From assembly GCA_022605425.2 (NCBI GenBank), contig JAKIMF020000001.1, positions 496,001 to 560,000 on the forward strand: a stretch of 64,000 bases of DNA. The letters are read 5' to 3'. Source of the stretch: Hamiltosporidium tvaerminnensis FI-OER-3-3 (lineage: Eukaryota > Fungi > Microsporidia). The notes beneath the pieces were generated by a model, which was not told the origin of the DNA, ran no database searches, and was given only the letters and a program-made list of their open reading frames with translations. Position numbers and translations under genes: made by a program. Shown piece by piece: positions 23,895 through 36,654 of the stretch. Numbering within the stretch: the stretch's first letter is position 1; the number at the start of each line of letters is the position of its first letter.

Positions 23895-25339
23895 AATAAA
23901 GAAGTGTAAAAGAAAAATTTAAATCTTTTCGTTTGAAAAAGTATTAAATAATTCAAATGATAAACCCTTGGTTCAGATCAAAATAAACTTGTTCGTTTAT
24001 TGTATTATTTATGATTTAAATTATAAATACGAAGGTTTTTTGTCAATCAAACTTGTAAAAATTCAGTTTTAAACTCTAAATCAATAATTAATTAAAATAC
24101 TTCTCAATAACTTTAAACGTCTAAAAAAATAGTTTCTTAAATGTATAAATAAATGAGTTTACGTATAGAAACATATTAAAAAATATCATAAATGATGCAG
24201 GCTATTGAAAAACATATTTTCTTATATGCAGAACTTTCTGTCATAGATATCATCTGTTTGGTTTTGATAGTCGACACACACGTACTGAATTTAAGAAATT
24301 TTGAGATTTTTTACTTTGCAAACCAAAGACGAATATATTTTGGGTAGATTTGTGTATGCTGTATTATATTTATTGCAGTTTCGTAACCAATTCTTTTATT
24401 TTTTTTACTTATATTATCTTAAATTTATTTTTTCTTAGTTTGGTTGCAGATAGAATTTATTTTTATTCGATACATTTTTTTAGGTCTAAAAATTGATTTT
24501 TTTCCGTTTTTTTTTGTTCTCGAATTACTAAATCTTTTTAAGGAATTACTGCTTTACTTTAAAGGCTTTTTTTAGATATCATTATCATTGATCGGTAACT
24601 TTTATCAATAAATTCTATTCCATCAAAACATGGTAATGAATCTTAAAACATATTTATAATACGTTTATTTTAAAAAAATAAGTGCAAAATTATATCAAGC
24701 TTGTAAATTGAAGTTTAGAGCAAATATTGTTTAACTTTTCATCTTGTCGAGCTGCAAATATCTTAAGTTGAAAAATCAAAAGTGCAACATATATATAAGG
24801 CTTTAGATTAGTATAAAAATAAGTAAATTAGAAAATTTTTGAATCATTTGAGTCATGAAAGTAAAAAACACGCAATTAAAAGGAAGGAACGGGGTTAAGT
24901 ATCTTAACAATCAGAAAACAAAAGATTTTTCCAAGTATAAACATCATATTCTACAATTCTTAAATTTTAATTAATATATAGCTTTAGAAAATCAATAATT
25001 ACAACTTTTCTTCATAATCATTATTTTTGTATTTATGCTTGAGAATAATTTTTTAAATTAATGCATTACAACCAAATATTATTTTTAATATATTAAAATA
25101 TCTTTGTGTGTCTTTGCTATTCTAAAATAATAACGTCGCCATTATTAAAAACCAATCATCTTAAAATAATGAATTTTCGAAAGCCACATTTGGGTCTTGA
25201 CTTATTGCTAAAGGTGGTGAGGCAATTTATGGCATATAAAAAATTCTGTTCGTTTTGAAAAATGTTTCACGTATAAAAATTTCCCTGTAGTTGTATATTT
25301 ATATGGTTCAACAGTACATTATATTTACCTACTCAATGT

Positions 25340-26520
25340 CATTAGCTGCTATTTAAACCCCTGCTGATTTTCTATGAACTTCATCTATCAAGATCAAGTG
25401 CTTTTAATTTCCATTTGTCTATACCAGGTTATGATGATCTTTTTTTAACATAGTATAGAAATCTAGTTTTTGGGAAACCAATAAATCTTCTACCTTTGGA
25501 ATTGAACATAAATACCTTTTTCAATACTTTGATTTCTGGCATTTGTCAAGAAAACTCAGCCATCGGAATCTGATTCTTCTAACTTCATTTACCATCCTTT
25601 ATCTCGATATAAATTTTCGAACTTGATATGTTACTAGCTCATCACCCTACTTGTTTATTTCTTGATGATTCGTAGATTACTAAAAAAATTTTCGTTCTCA
25701 TATGTCGAGTTCGAAGCATTACGCTTTTTCAATATCTAAGTCTTCGCGACCTGTACATCACTAAATGTCTAAGAATCGTCTTATACTGTTTTCTTGCTCA
25801 TTTATCTTAAAATTCATGATTTTAGAAATTATTGTGAGTAAAAATATACATTTTTTTCCTGGTTTAATTCTCTCTTATATTTCCGCTCTGTTTGTATTAT
25901 TGCTCTTCAGAAGCACTCTTAGATATTTAAAAAAGGTTACGCTCTTAAACGGTATCCGTAAACTTGAAAGTAAGGTGAAATATTTTTCTTATTCCTTGAA
26001 GTTATCACGTAATTATTTTATTTTGATTAATATAAATACCTATTTTTCTTGTTTCATATTCAATCTTCCTGACATGATCTCCAAGGTCTTCTACTTTTTT
26101 GATATAATGTCAATTTCATCGGCATAGCATGAAGGTGTACTTCTCCGATGTACAGATATTCTTGCAAAAAATTCCCTATCTTTCTAATTGCTTTTTCGAT
26201 CGAGATATTAGAAGGCATACAGGACGAGGCACCTTATTATCTCAAACCACGGAATATTTCGAAGTCCCTCTTAAATTTCCCGATATACAAATTCTACTCT
26301 TTGTTTTTGGTACAGTCATTTGGATAAAACTTACAATATTCTCAAGAATCTGCAATTCTGATAATATTTCATAAAGAAGGTTCCGATTAACGCTATTATA
26401 TCTAATAATAGTTACTAAAAAGCTGATGAATGGTCTGGTTATACTCTTATGATTTTTTCCTAAAGAATTATACGGTAAATATTTAGCCGATTGCGGACCT
26501 TCCTTTTCTAAAGACGGCTC
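25340..26520 (-). mobile_element. 5'-truncated decayed RTE-type LINE (RT and C-terminal part)
   Basis: Minus-strand remnants FRKGRSAI (~26480-26510) and CYADEIDI (~26105-26130). Ends are approximate. Confidence 0.7.
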
Positions 26521-28877
26521 AGTATTTTCCGAGATCTTTCTACATATGGTTCAAGACGCTTAGTACAAGTTAATGCTATACAGGATTACAATTCTTTAAA
26601 GCTGTCTAGAACATATGCTTACGCATATGATCAACGTAAGATAACTATAGAATGTTCTAACAACAGACTTTCTGTAGTAAAATGACATGATTTAGAATTG
26701 GAGGCGCTTGTACTGAACTTTAGATTCTGAATTGTTTTGGCTCTTTTCGCTTCAATAAAAATTGCATTTTTTAGTAGGTTATATGCATATTTGGCAATAA
26801 GTGTACATTACTATGTTTGTGCACCGGAAGTTTTTTTTGTTAGATTTCAGCCGATTTGACGGATCAGAAGTAATTAATTTATTGCATGTAATAACAGGTT
26901 TATATTTTGTGGTTTCAATGAGTAAATTTTCAAGAAATTTGTCGCCGTTTCACTTAATATTTCCCTTAATACATCTAATAAAAATAAGAAACAAATTTAT
27001 CAGAAACATAACCGAGATGCTTAAATAGACATAATAAGTAAATGACATGTTCGAAAGCCAATAAAGCTGTATTTACTTATGTTTCGCAAGAGTGGTATGC
27101 CGAACGACATCAGCAAAATTTCTTTGTGACACAAAGCAGAAATCGCTCACGGAAAAAACAAGGATATCAAAAGAATTTGGTGAATAGGCTTCATAAAATT
27201 AAAAATCCGAGTCAAAATATCTATTAAATTTATCGAAAGTTGTTGGAATATATTTGCTGCATGTCTTTTTACCTATAACTTTATCTTAAAATATGAAAAA
27301 CCATTGGTTTGAGAATTTAAGAAAGAACCATGATTGAAAAGTTACCCGTTTTTTTGTAGATTTTGCAAACAATTGCACAAATCATTTGCCATATAAGGGT
27401 ATACCCTTACTATAAATATCATAAAGATACAATCTTCAAAATTTCTAAAAATTTATATAGCACAAATAAATTGGATACAAAAGCTTCTGAAGTACCTTCA
27501 TTGTGTCATAATTAGAGCACTAGCATAATCAGATTGGGATGTTTAGCATTATTTATTTGTTAGTTACATGCGTTGTATGTAATATAAAAAAAGAAATAAT
27601 CGGTTATGCCTAAATAGCAACGAAAACAAGAGAATGAGAATTAAAACGCGGTTTTAAAGGCTTCGCTGAACTATAAATGGATCCTAAAAAAAATTCTATG
27701 GAGATTAATAGGGCTCGCAATATGACCGAAAACGAAAGCAGGTTTGTAAACTTATATACTCGACGTATTAGATATACAATCAAGAGGTTTCGTTACATCA
27801 TACATCAGCAGGTTTTAAGAAAAATCGGCTTTTCCTATAAAATATCATGATATATGTCAAAAAGTGGTAAATATAATATCTGCCAGTGCTTTGAAGAAAG
27901 AAAATATTCATAGGAATTAACTTAAGTTGATTTCAAAACTAAATTGGATTAATTAAGTGAAAAAATATTATGTTATTAAGTCGAGGGATGTTTTTTCCAC
28001 CCGTGAGTCATGTATTCAGTTATAATTAGACTTTTTTCTACAAAATTAAAAAATTATTCGAAATAGAATCAATGTATATATATCGTATGGCTTCTAATTT
28101 AATGTTTTTTTTACTGAGTTGTGCCTGGTTTAAAGGAATCAATATAAAACTACAAAGTTGCGATAAGAAATTTATTGTCATGTGTGGTTTTATAAAAGCA
28201 TTCGAAGCTAAATAAAAATTCACAATCATGACTTTATTTCTATTACATAAATATATTATAAGTAAAAAAAAAGAAAATTTATATTTCTAGAATTTTATTT
28301 GGAACTTGATCTAGTTCAATTGAAAAGGAAAAATTCTGAAGATATTCCATCTCAGAAAAGAAAATTTTACCGGTATTAACTAATTCATAAACCCATATAT
28401 TATTATTTTTATTTATTATATATCAAAATACGACTTAAGCAAATATACTCTTTTTACAAATTTTTGAGGTGTTAAATTTAGTTAATCTTTAGATATGCAC
28501 AGGCAATTTTCAATTCGGTTCTTATGAAAACAAAAAAATTCCGATTTACAAAATGACATGTAAGTCATTAAAAAAGCTAGGTTATTGAAAGTTTTGCAAA
28601 AATATGTGGAAGATTAAATATGGAGACTTGTGAGGACATATGTAAAAATTTAAATTGCCACAAAACAATGGCTATGGATATTTTATAAAATATATCATTT
28701 ATAGGTTCAAATAAATTATTATATTACAAACTGAACAATTTGAAAAACAATAACAGAAAAAGAAAGATAGTATAATTCAATTTAGAGCGTGTCTTGGAAA
28801 TATGATGGAATAACTTCCTGATATAAACTACTAGTTCGTAATATACATAAAAAAATTGCATTAAATTGTATTTTTTT

Positions 28878-29071
28878 CTGGTCGTCCAGTTTAAGCGTAG
28901 GGCTAACAACGCATCCTTTTAAAACCACCTTGTTATTAAACCCAAAAAGTAAACTAACTTGGACGGAAAATTAGAAAACTATTAGGCAAGGTTAAAAAAA
29001 AAATATGTGGGCTGCATTACAGAGGGATGCAAAGGCTCGTATATGGCTGTGGTGCCGAGGAAAAATGTATG
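28878..29071 (+). mobile_element. Putative internally deleted RTE derivative (5' UTR fused to 3' end)
   Basis: CTGGTCGTCCAG..GCGTAGGGCTAACAAC..AAAA..CTTGTTA..CTTGGACGGA resembles RTE 5' UTRs. AAGGCTC..GGCTGTGGTGCCGA resembles RTE 3' ends. Recognised from memory of the family, not by alignment. Confidence 0.45.
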
Positions 29072-29659
29072 CATTTTTTATACCACAAAGTTTTTACGAC
29101 TTATTCCTTTTAAGCTTGCTATTTTTAGAATTATATTTTATTGATTAAAATATTCTTCATAAAATTCTAGAGAAAAAGCTTTTGCTCATATATTCTCTGA
29201 AGAAGCTAATCACATAACACCAGCTAAATAAATAATAATTTTTGATTTTCCTAAAATAAAAAAATATAAACCACCGCCTTAACTGAATTAATTAAAAACC
29301 TGTATAAAGTTTATTTTAATTCAAATTTAAAATTTTATTATTTTTGCGTAAAGAAATAAAATATTTAGTGAAAATAAAAATTATTTTCAATCTAAAATAA
29401 TCCTACATTATCATAGTATTATACATATCTTTCTACAAAAAATTACTATGAAAAAGGTCATAGAAATATACATACCAACATCACCATAAGAAACAGAAAG
29501 TAAAATTAATAACCCTAATCTCATTACCTGTCTCAAGTATAAAAAAAATAATTATTTCGGAATTTAAGATTAAACTCTGAAAAAAATGAAATTTCTCTAA
29601 ATTTTTATGTAAATTAAAAATTAAGCAAACAATAAAAAAACATAAAAATAAAATAATTT

Positions 29660-30656
29660 TTATTGTCTTGGACAATCATAAACTATTATTTTTCCATTCG
29701 TAAAACCGGCTATCAAATTATTTCTAGACCAAACCAAAGAAGAACAATGAACATTTTTACCATATTCACTGCAATCAAGCTTAAATAACCAATTATTATT
29801 TATCACATCCCACAAACAAATCTCTGTTTCAGTAGCACATGCTAAAATAGTATCAGTCAAAGCAAATGCTAAAGCAGTGACAGCAGAATCAGTTTTAATT
29901 ATTTTAGTGAAACCATCGTTCATTAAATTAAAAACAAAAATTTCAGAATCTCTACTTCCATAGGCACACAATGCACCATCTGGTGTAATTGAAAGAGCAG
30001 TAACGGCTGCTGCACATTTTATTGTCTTTGGTACTCTTTTTTTCTCTTCATTATATGATGGTTTAATTTCTGATCCATTTATATAAGTTTTAATGATTTC
30101 TCCTGTTTCAATATCCCAGACATTTAAAGTACCATCAGTAGATCCAGTTAATATATTATCTTCATTAGAAGGCATAAAGGCAATACAAGTGATCCAACCT
30201 TTCTGAGAATTAGTAATTCCAGATCCAAATCGACGTACTAATGCACCTTCCGTATTCCATAAGCATATTGTTTTATCCATAGAACCAGTTACTATTTTAT
30301 TATCGTTAGAATTTATTGCAACACAAAGGATATCGCCACTGTGTCCTTTCAAATATTTCATGTCTTTGGTTTCCACATCAAATATTCTAACCACACTATC
30401 AGCACAGGCAGTAATTAATTTATCGCCTGTTTTATTTGTAACGATAGAATTCACATAAAAATTATGTTGATCGTATTCTTTCATAACTTTTCCAATTCCC
30501 GTCTGTAGTTCTTTCCAACGTCCACATATATGCTTTTTTGTCTCTGGAAGAAGAAAAAAGTCTTTCTTGTGGACCTTCTTCATTAATTTTTAAACATGTG
30601 ACCATGTTTTTGTGACAGTCCAATGTACCTATTTCTTTGAGAGTAGCGGTATTCAT
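29660..30656 (-). CDS. RACK1: RACK1/Asc1 WD40 40S ribosomal protein with an apparent +1 frameshift at 30498-30500
   Basis: The N-terminal ORF (LKEIGTLDCHKNMVT..SSSRDKK..W) joins the 307-aa WD40 ORF (GIGKVMKEYDQHNFYVNSIV..GHSGDILCVA..GSMDKTICLWN) if one G is removed from GACGGGAATT. CCC lies 6 nt upstream of ATG 30656. Confidence 0.85.
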
Positions 30657-30745
30657 TTTTAAGGGTGGCAGTTTTTTTAAAAAAAATATTTGATTTAAAA
30701 TAAAGAAAAAAAATTTATAAATTTTTTATGAACAATCACTACCCT

Positions 30746-30859
30746 TCTTACATATACACGACAATGAGTAAACTAATGGTAAGCAATTAAACACCGGAAT
30801 TATTGGATTAAAAACTTCAGATATAATTATTCTTGACTAAATTTTTGTTCGCGAGCGAA
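30746..30859 (+). ncRNA. Candidate Sm-class snRNA (possibly U1-like)
   Basis: CCC motif at 30742-30744 with no substantial ORF downstream; 5' CTTACAT; CACGA in a possible loop; Sm-like AATTTTTG at 30840-30847 followed by the self-complementary TTCGCGAGCGAA. Confidence 0.35.
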
Positions 30860-33156
30860 ATAGAAATCAAATATGAAAAAATTGAAAAAAAAACGAAAAA
30901 GAGTAATAATAATGCAAATAGCTATAAAATACATTAACTGACTATTAAATATTAAAAAAATATCAAATAAATCTTGGGTCTTGTATTATTGATTACGAGC
31001 AGTTTTTTTTCGAATTTTTGAAGTAACTAAACCTTTCAATTTTATTTTATAGAATTCAAAGCTTCTATATACAATAACTGTTAAGCTCGTGGAAACAAAG
31101 TTTATTTCACAGGGTAAAAAAAAAGTAGTTTATAGTCTTAAATTTTGTTACTTGGCTAAAATTTTAATTCTATCAAGTAAGATTTTAAGCTTCCTCTATA
31201 TCTTTTCTCGTTTATTCTTTCATTCTTTCATTCTATATTTTTAGTCATCTTTAGACATTTCTTGATAAAAATTTAGGTTGTTTTTAATTTAGCATATGTC
31301 TTCTTCTATTTTATTTACTCTGTATTTCCAGGGTTTTATCTCATCATTTTATGTTTTTTCTGTGTACTTTACCACATATTTTCATTTAATTTCGACTTCT
31401 TTTCTGGTTGGCATTTATTCTTGCGAAGCGTTTTCTTTGTTTTAAAAAACAGTTACTTTTAAAGACATGCTGTATTCGTTACTATATATATAATATAAAT
31501 TAATAGTCATTTTTATTGAAATCTTTTAATTTAAGCAGGTAAAAAATTCCATAGGCTATTCAACCAATAAAATTGGTTTATGTTATTATCATTAAAAATA
31601 TAAATGATTTATGCTGAGGAATGGCAATAAAACATCAATCTTATCGTACAATTGTTTATGTACTTTAAAAATTCTTAGATAAAAACTACAAACGAATTAG
31701 TATGGTAAATTTTACTTTAAAAAATATCAAAAATGTATTTATAATGTTATTCTTGCCATATATTACAAATAGAAAAGATGTTGTCAATAATTTGTGCGAA
31801 TATTTTTTTGAACTAATCAAACGTTTTCGTTTGATTTATGTAAAGTTCTAATCACTATTATTGGTTGTATAAGGTTTATGAACAAATCAAAGAAGTCATA
31901 TTCATAATGTAAACTCTTTATTGGCTTCTTACTTTTTTCGAATTGTTTAAAGATTTCGAGTTTTGTAGTCGTCAAGACATTACTCGGTTATATAATTGAT
32001 TTTATATTAGGTGTGTTTTTCAAAACATGGCTACATATTTAACAGAGTAAATACAGGTAGGTTTTTATTTAAAAAATAATTTGAATAAATCTTCTGGATA
32101 CTCGGATTCAATATTTCTATCCTTTTACAACTAAAGAATTAAAATTATAGAATTTTTATTAATATGTCTGATTCGAAAAAAAAATTGATTATTCTCTCAT
32201 TTTTATAAAATGATTAATTTTAAATATAATTTACACATAAAAATGGCTTCTAATCTTACTTTGAATTTAATTTTACATTTTGATTTGCTTTTTTATATTT
32301 TATTACCTTATAACGGTAAATTAGATGATTATATTTTCAATAATATTAAGCTAATAAAAAAAAAATTATATTTTTTTATTTTCAGTTCTACTCCAAAATA
32401 TACTATGTTGCTCAACTTATTCATCTTTTTTTTAGTCTTTTATTTTTATAATACGTTGATTCTATAATTTAAACTATAAAATTAAAAAAGCTATTCTATA
32501 AATTTTTAGGTAAGGAAATAATTCGGAATTTTTTTTTCCCTCATTGCTTCTGATAAATCTTTATTAAAGCAAAAAACAGTTTGGTAGCTCTTAAAAGATT
32601 TTTGTAAATGACTCTTAAATTAATTTAACGATTATATAGAAGATTTTATATATATTTTTTTTCAAAATTTATAAAAACAAAAAATGCAAAATAGACATTT
32701 TTTAAATAATTAATTTGATAAAGTGATGATTGCAAGCAGCAAAAAACGAAGGTACATTCTTTAAAACCTAATTAAAGCAATAATGGAGTTACATAAAGAG
32801 AATAATACAAAAAACTTATATTAAATCTATCTTTTTTTTATCGTGATAAAAATAAAGCGATAAGAATGATGCTGATGATTGTATCCGTCTCATTTTCATT
32901 ACAACCAATTTAATTTCTTAAATATTTATGTTTTTTTATTCTAACGTAATAATTATTTTAGATACTCATAATTAGTAATCCTGATTTTGTATTATTTGAC
33001 TATAAATTTTGAATAATCTATCTTCTGTTTAACATTTTTTGTCTTATCTTTAATAAAAATTGTAAAACCATAATTAAAGTTTAAATTTGGTTATCGCTTT
33101 TTTGAAGATAAGAAATATTATCTGTAAATTTATATTTATAAAAAAATAATTTGAGT

Positions 33157-34179
33157 ATGAAATTAAGAAACATTTTTTTATGTATATTCGTTCTATGTTT
33201 ACTCTCTGTTATGTCTATAATATCTATTATATTGGTAAAACAAAACTATAACAAGGATAAAAATACAACTAAAGACAAACTTGAATCTAGTGAAAATATA
33301 TTAGAATGTCCTGAGAAAAATATCGTGGGTTTACTCAATCATGACTATGTTTGCTATTTTAACTCAATAATACAAGCACTTTATTACCAACCAAATTTTA
33401 TTGATAAATTGTTTTCTTACTCGTCAAACGAACATCAGATATGTATTATTCTTTTAAAAGACATATTTGCACAGATGTCAGAAGGCAAAATAGTTGATAC
33501 TTCAAAATATTTAAAAAGAATTATAGCAGTAACTCAATGGAGGAAAATTTTTGAAATCGGAAAATATCAAGATGCATCTAGATGTTTGTATATTATTTTT
33601 GACCAAATTGAAAAGGAAATTATTAATACATTATCACTGAAACACAGAGAAATTGTCGATATAACAAAAATACAGTCGAACAATTTTATAAGTGATTTTT
33701 TTCGTTTGGAACTTACATATTCATCATATTGTTCTTATAGCAAAGAAACTAAAACATACAAAACGAATCCTTATTTTTTATGCCTATTTTTAGACAAGTC
33801 AGTGCAAGAATCGATAAATAAATACTTTTCTATACATAAAGCTGTTTGTGAGAATCATCTAGATGAAAGCGAACTTCATTATGAAATAAATAGAAAGGAG
33901 ATAATTGTGTATTCTTCTAATATAATAATTAAGCATTCACTTTTTCCTCCAACCACCGACGTCTTAATTAATAATAAAATAATTATTCAAAACTTTGAAT
34001 ACATATTTACAGCCTGCATATTCCATGTTGAATCAGTACACTATTACACAATTGTTGTATCAGAAACTAGTATCTATGAATTAAATGATATAAAAGTAAA
34101 AAAATTAAATATACAATCGATAGAAGATCTGGAATCCAAGGACATTCCATACTTTTTATTTTATAGAAGACTGAATTGA
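33157..34179 (+). CDS. USP/UBP (peptidase C19) deubiquitinase with an N-terminal signal peptide or membrane anchor
   Basis: Cys box GLLNHDYVCYFNSIIQAL, QDA box, His box FHVESVHYYT, YELND and terminal PYFLFYRR. N-terminus MKLRNIFLCIFVLCLLSVMSIISIILVK. First ATG is at 33157. Confidence 0.85.
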   Translation: MKLRNIFLCIFVLCLLSVMSIISIILVKQNYNKDKNTTKDKLESSENILECPEKNIVGLLNHDYVCYFNSIIQALYYQPNFIDKLFSYSSNEHQICIILLKDIFAQMSEGKIVDTSKYLKRIIAVTQWRKIFEIGKYQDASRCLYIIFDQIEKEIINTLSLKHREIVDITKIQSNNFISDFFRLELTYSSYCSYSKETKTYKTNPYFLCLFLDKSVQESINKYFSIHKAVCENHLDESELHYEINRKEIIVYSSNIIIKHSLFPPTTDVLINNKIIIQNFEYIFTACIFHVESVHYYTIVVSETSIYELNDIKVKKLNIQSIEDLESKDIPYFLFYRRLN

Positions 34180-34656
34180 ACAAGCGCGATCCCTATTCAA
34201 AGATTGAATGTATTTCTGTCTTTTAAATTGTGAATTTGTTCATAATTTGCGATTCATTTACAAAAAGCAGATTGAAATATTACTATTTCTGTAATTTATA
34301 TAGAGATTCTAAAGCTAATGCGATATTATCTTACAAAAAAATATTCATCTTATGAAATTAATGATAAGATGTTTAATATTGATAAAATGATGTTATTTAT
34401 ACTTTTTGCACTAAATTTTTTGTTTTTATGAAATTTATTTTTATAATAATGATTTTGGAATATTAAACTTCCTAATTATAACCAAATCGTTTGATTTTAT
34501 TGTATATGATTTTTTCGTGTAGGTCTTAATATTCATTCTGACACAGGTATTTTTAGATAGAATCGCCATATAAATTTCTTATTCATTCCAAATTTATATT
34601 TTACTTGAATTTTATATTAAATATCTGGTTTTTCTTATATTTGTATGCTAATCCCA

Positions 34657-34908
34657 ATGTTCGAAGATATTAGTTATTAAGGTATTTTGAATTATTTTAT
34701 TTATTTTTTTACAGCTTTGTTGATATTTGTCTTTTGGATAATTGATTTTACCTCTTACATCGAATTTTCTGCCGAATTTCATAATAAAGTCGACCAAACG
34801 CAAAAATATATCTTTAAAGGCTTAAGTATATATTTATATGCCATTATAGTAATATTAGTTGTTAGCTTAGCTATTTTATCAATAAACGAATATTTTGATA
34901 TCAAGTAA
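34657..34908 (+). pseudogene. Small or decayed membrane-protein gene with an in-frame TAA at codon 8
   Basis: CCC-A-ATG at 34653-34659 is in frame with the 73-aa ORF that has two hydrophobic segments; it reads MFEDISY*GILNYFIYFF... Confidence 0.4.
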
Positions 34909-36054
34909 CCACAATATAGGCTTATAAATTATATCTGAGTGGAATATTTAACTTATACATTTTAAAAAACTATAGATCAATTATTCTAAAAATTTCTAAT
35001 ATTTGCATTGTGGCTTATTCATTTGTTAAAGATCAATATATTCTTTTATCGTTTAAATTAATATATGATGTCTTTTATAAAAAGTATATTAAGAATCAAT
35101 CTTTTAAATATATGTCAACCAAAAAAAATACTGGATTATATTGATATTTGCTAAGTTTTATCTGTAAAATAGAATATATAGAGTCAATGAAAAATTATTT
35201 AATAACATGATTATATTTTAAATATTTCACACATAAATTTAAAAAATAACGCCAAGGAAATTTAAATTGACTCCAAAAAATCTTTAAATTATACAAATTC
35301 ACTATATTTTACATATATTTAAAACATCTGTTTATCCACGACACGAAAAGGAAGAAGAGAATCGAAAAACCAAGTTAGTAATATACCCAAAGCATGACTG
35401 TTTTTTGAATCATGCAAATAATTCAATTGGCTTCTTTTTAGTACTTTCTGTAAATAATATTGCATTTATATGATCAAGCGATAAATCATTAAAACAATTT
35501 GTGTAAAATGTCCCTTTATCTTTTCATTGCTGATATACAAACATATGATCAGTCAGTTTAAAAAACATAACTAAGAATTATCAATGTAAAAACAGATTTT
35601 GTACATCCCGAAATGCTTTTTAGATGGTTCTAGGCTTGTTTTAATACTAAGGCAACTAGCATTTTAAGTCAGAGCAAGTAAAACAATTTTTCGTTTAATG
35701 GTTTAAGATTATTTAAATGCAAATAATTTACATCAATGTGTCAATATAAGAATAAAAATGCTTTGAAATGACACTAGATGAGACCAAGACCAGGAAAATC
35801 TACAGACAAAGTATATTTTTAAAATTAGATTTATGTTTTTGTCAATAAATAAGCATTTGAGTAAAACAATATATCTAATAATCTTATTGCTCTTATAAAA
35901 AGTTTACAAAATATCTGACTTGATTTATTTTTAAAAATCTTTTAAAGTATTTAAAAGAATAATTTATGGTAGATATACAACCCGATTGATCATAAGGATA
36001 TATCTAGAAATCCATACATTTAAAAATCGGGTCAAGATGTAGGGAGGGTAACCC

Positions 36055-36258
36055 CATTTAAAATCATCAGCATAGCAATGAGTGTGCACAATTCGTGTGG
36101 AAATCATCGCTACCATTGTGTTAGGATATAAACTACATAAAATCATAGGCCTATACCCTATAATCCGAGTTAAAAAAGAGTAAAAGAATCAAATGGAAGT
36201 TTTTTATTTGGTCATTCGTGACACCAAGAGGTAAAAGAGAAATGGAATAATTAATTAG
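36055..36258 (+). repeat. Short dispersed SINE-like repeat, copy C
   Basis: TGAGTGTGCACAATTCGTGTGGAAATCATCG..GGATATA ... GACACCAAGAGGTAAAAGAGAAATGGAATAATTAATTA; homologous to copies A and B. Confidence 0.65.
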
Positions 36259-36654
36259 GGCCAAGTGTTCAATTATTTATCTTTCACCTCACAAAAAACG
36301 ACAAAATAAATGGAAATACAACGGATAAGTTTTTTTCATTAATAAAAAGATATCGAAGAAAAACAGAAATCCAATAGTTAGATAGACATGTAAGAGTAGT
36401 ACTTGTTTGAATAGTATAAATTTAATCATTTTTAAGCTTGAATCCATATATACAAATGTCAATTATAAAGAAATACGCAATAATGATTCGATATGAATAC
36501 ATACTTTCTAAAAAATAAATATAAAAGAATAGTAATGTAAAAACAGGAGACTTGAAATAAGCCCAACATAAATAATAAAAACCTCATCTAGATTTGCTAT
36601 ATAATAGGCCTGTGGTCTAGGGGAAAAAATCAAAAAGTCTGCCACAAAATTTAT

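Noticed and set aside
23413-23896. Antisense ORFs overlapping PUF60 (similarly at KAE1 and the orphan gene)
   Set aside because: They are shadow ORFs of real genes with no motifs.
30490-30530. Small spliceosomal intron explaining the RACK1 frameshift
   Set aside because: The available GT..AG intervals (9, 15, 17 and 23 nt) do not restore the frame and lack a GTAAG donor.
30764-30826. Intron-containing protein gene (ATG..GTAAGC...CAG, 42 nt at 30779-30820)
   Set aside because: Splicing gives MSKLMI followed by a stop, with no downstream ORF.
32720-32880. Box C/D snoRNA (GTGATGA ... CTGA)
   Set aside because: No terminal stem, no CCC promoter and no recognisable guide sequence; these motifs are expected by chance.
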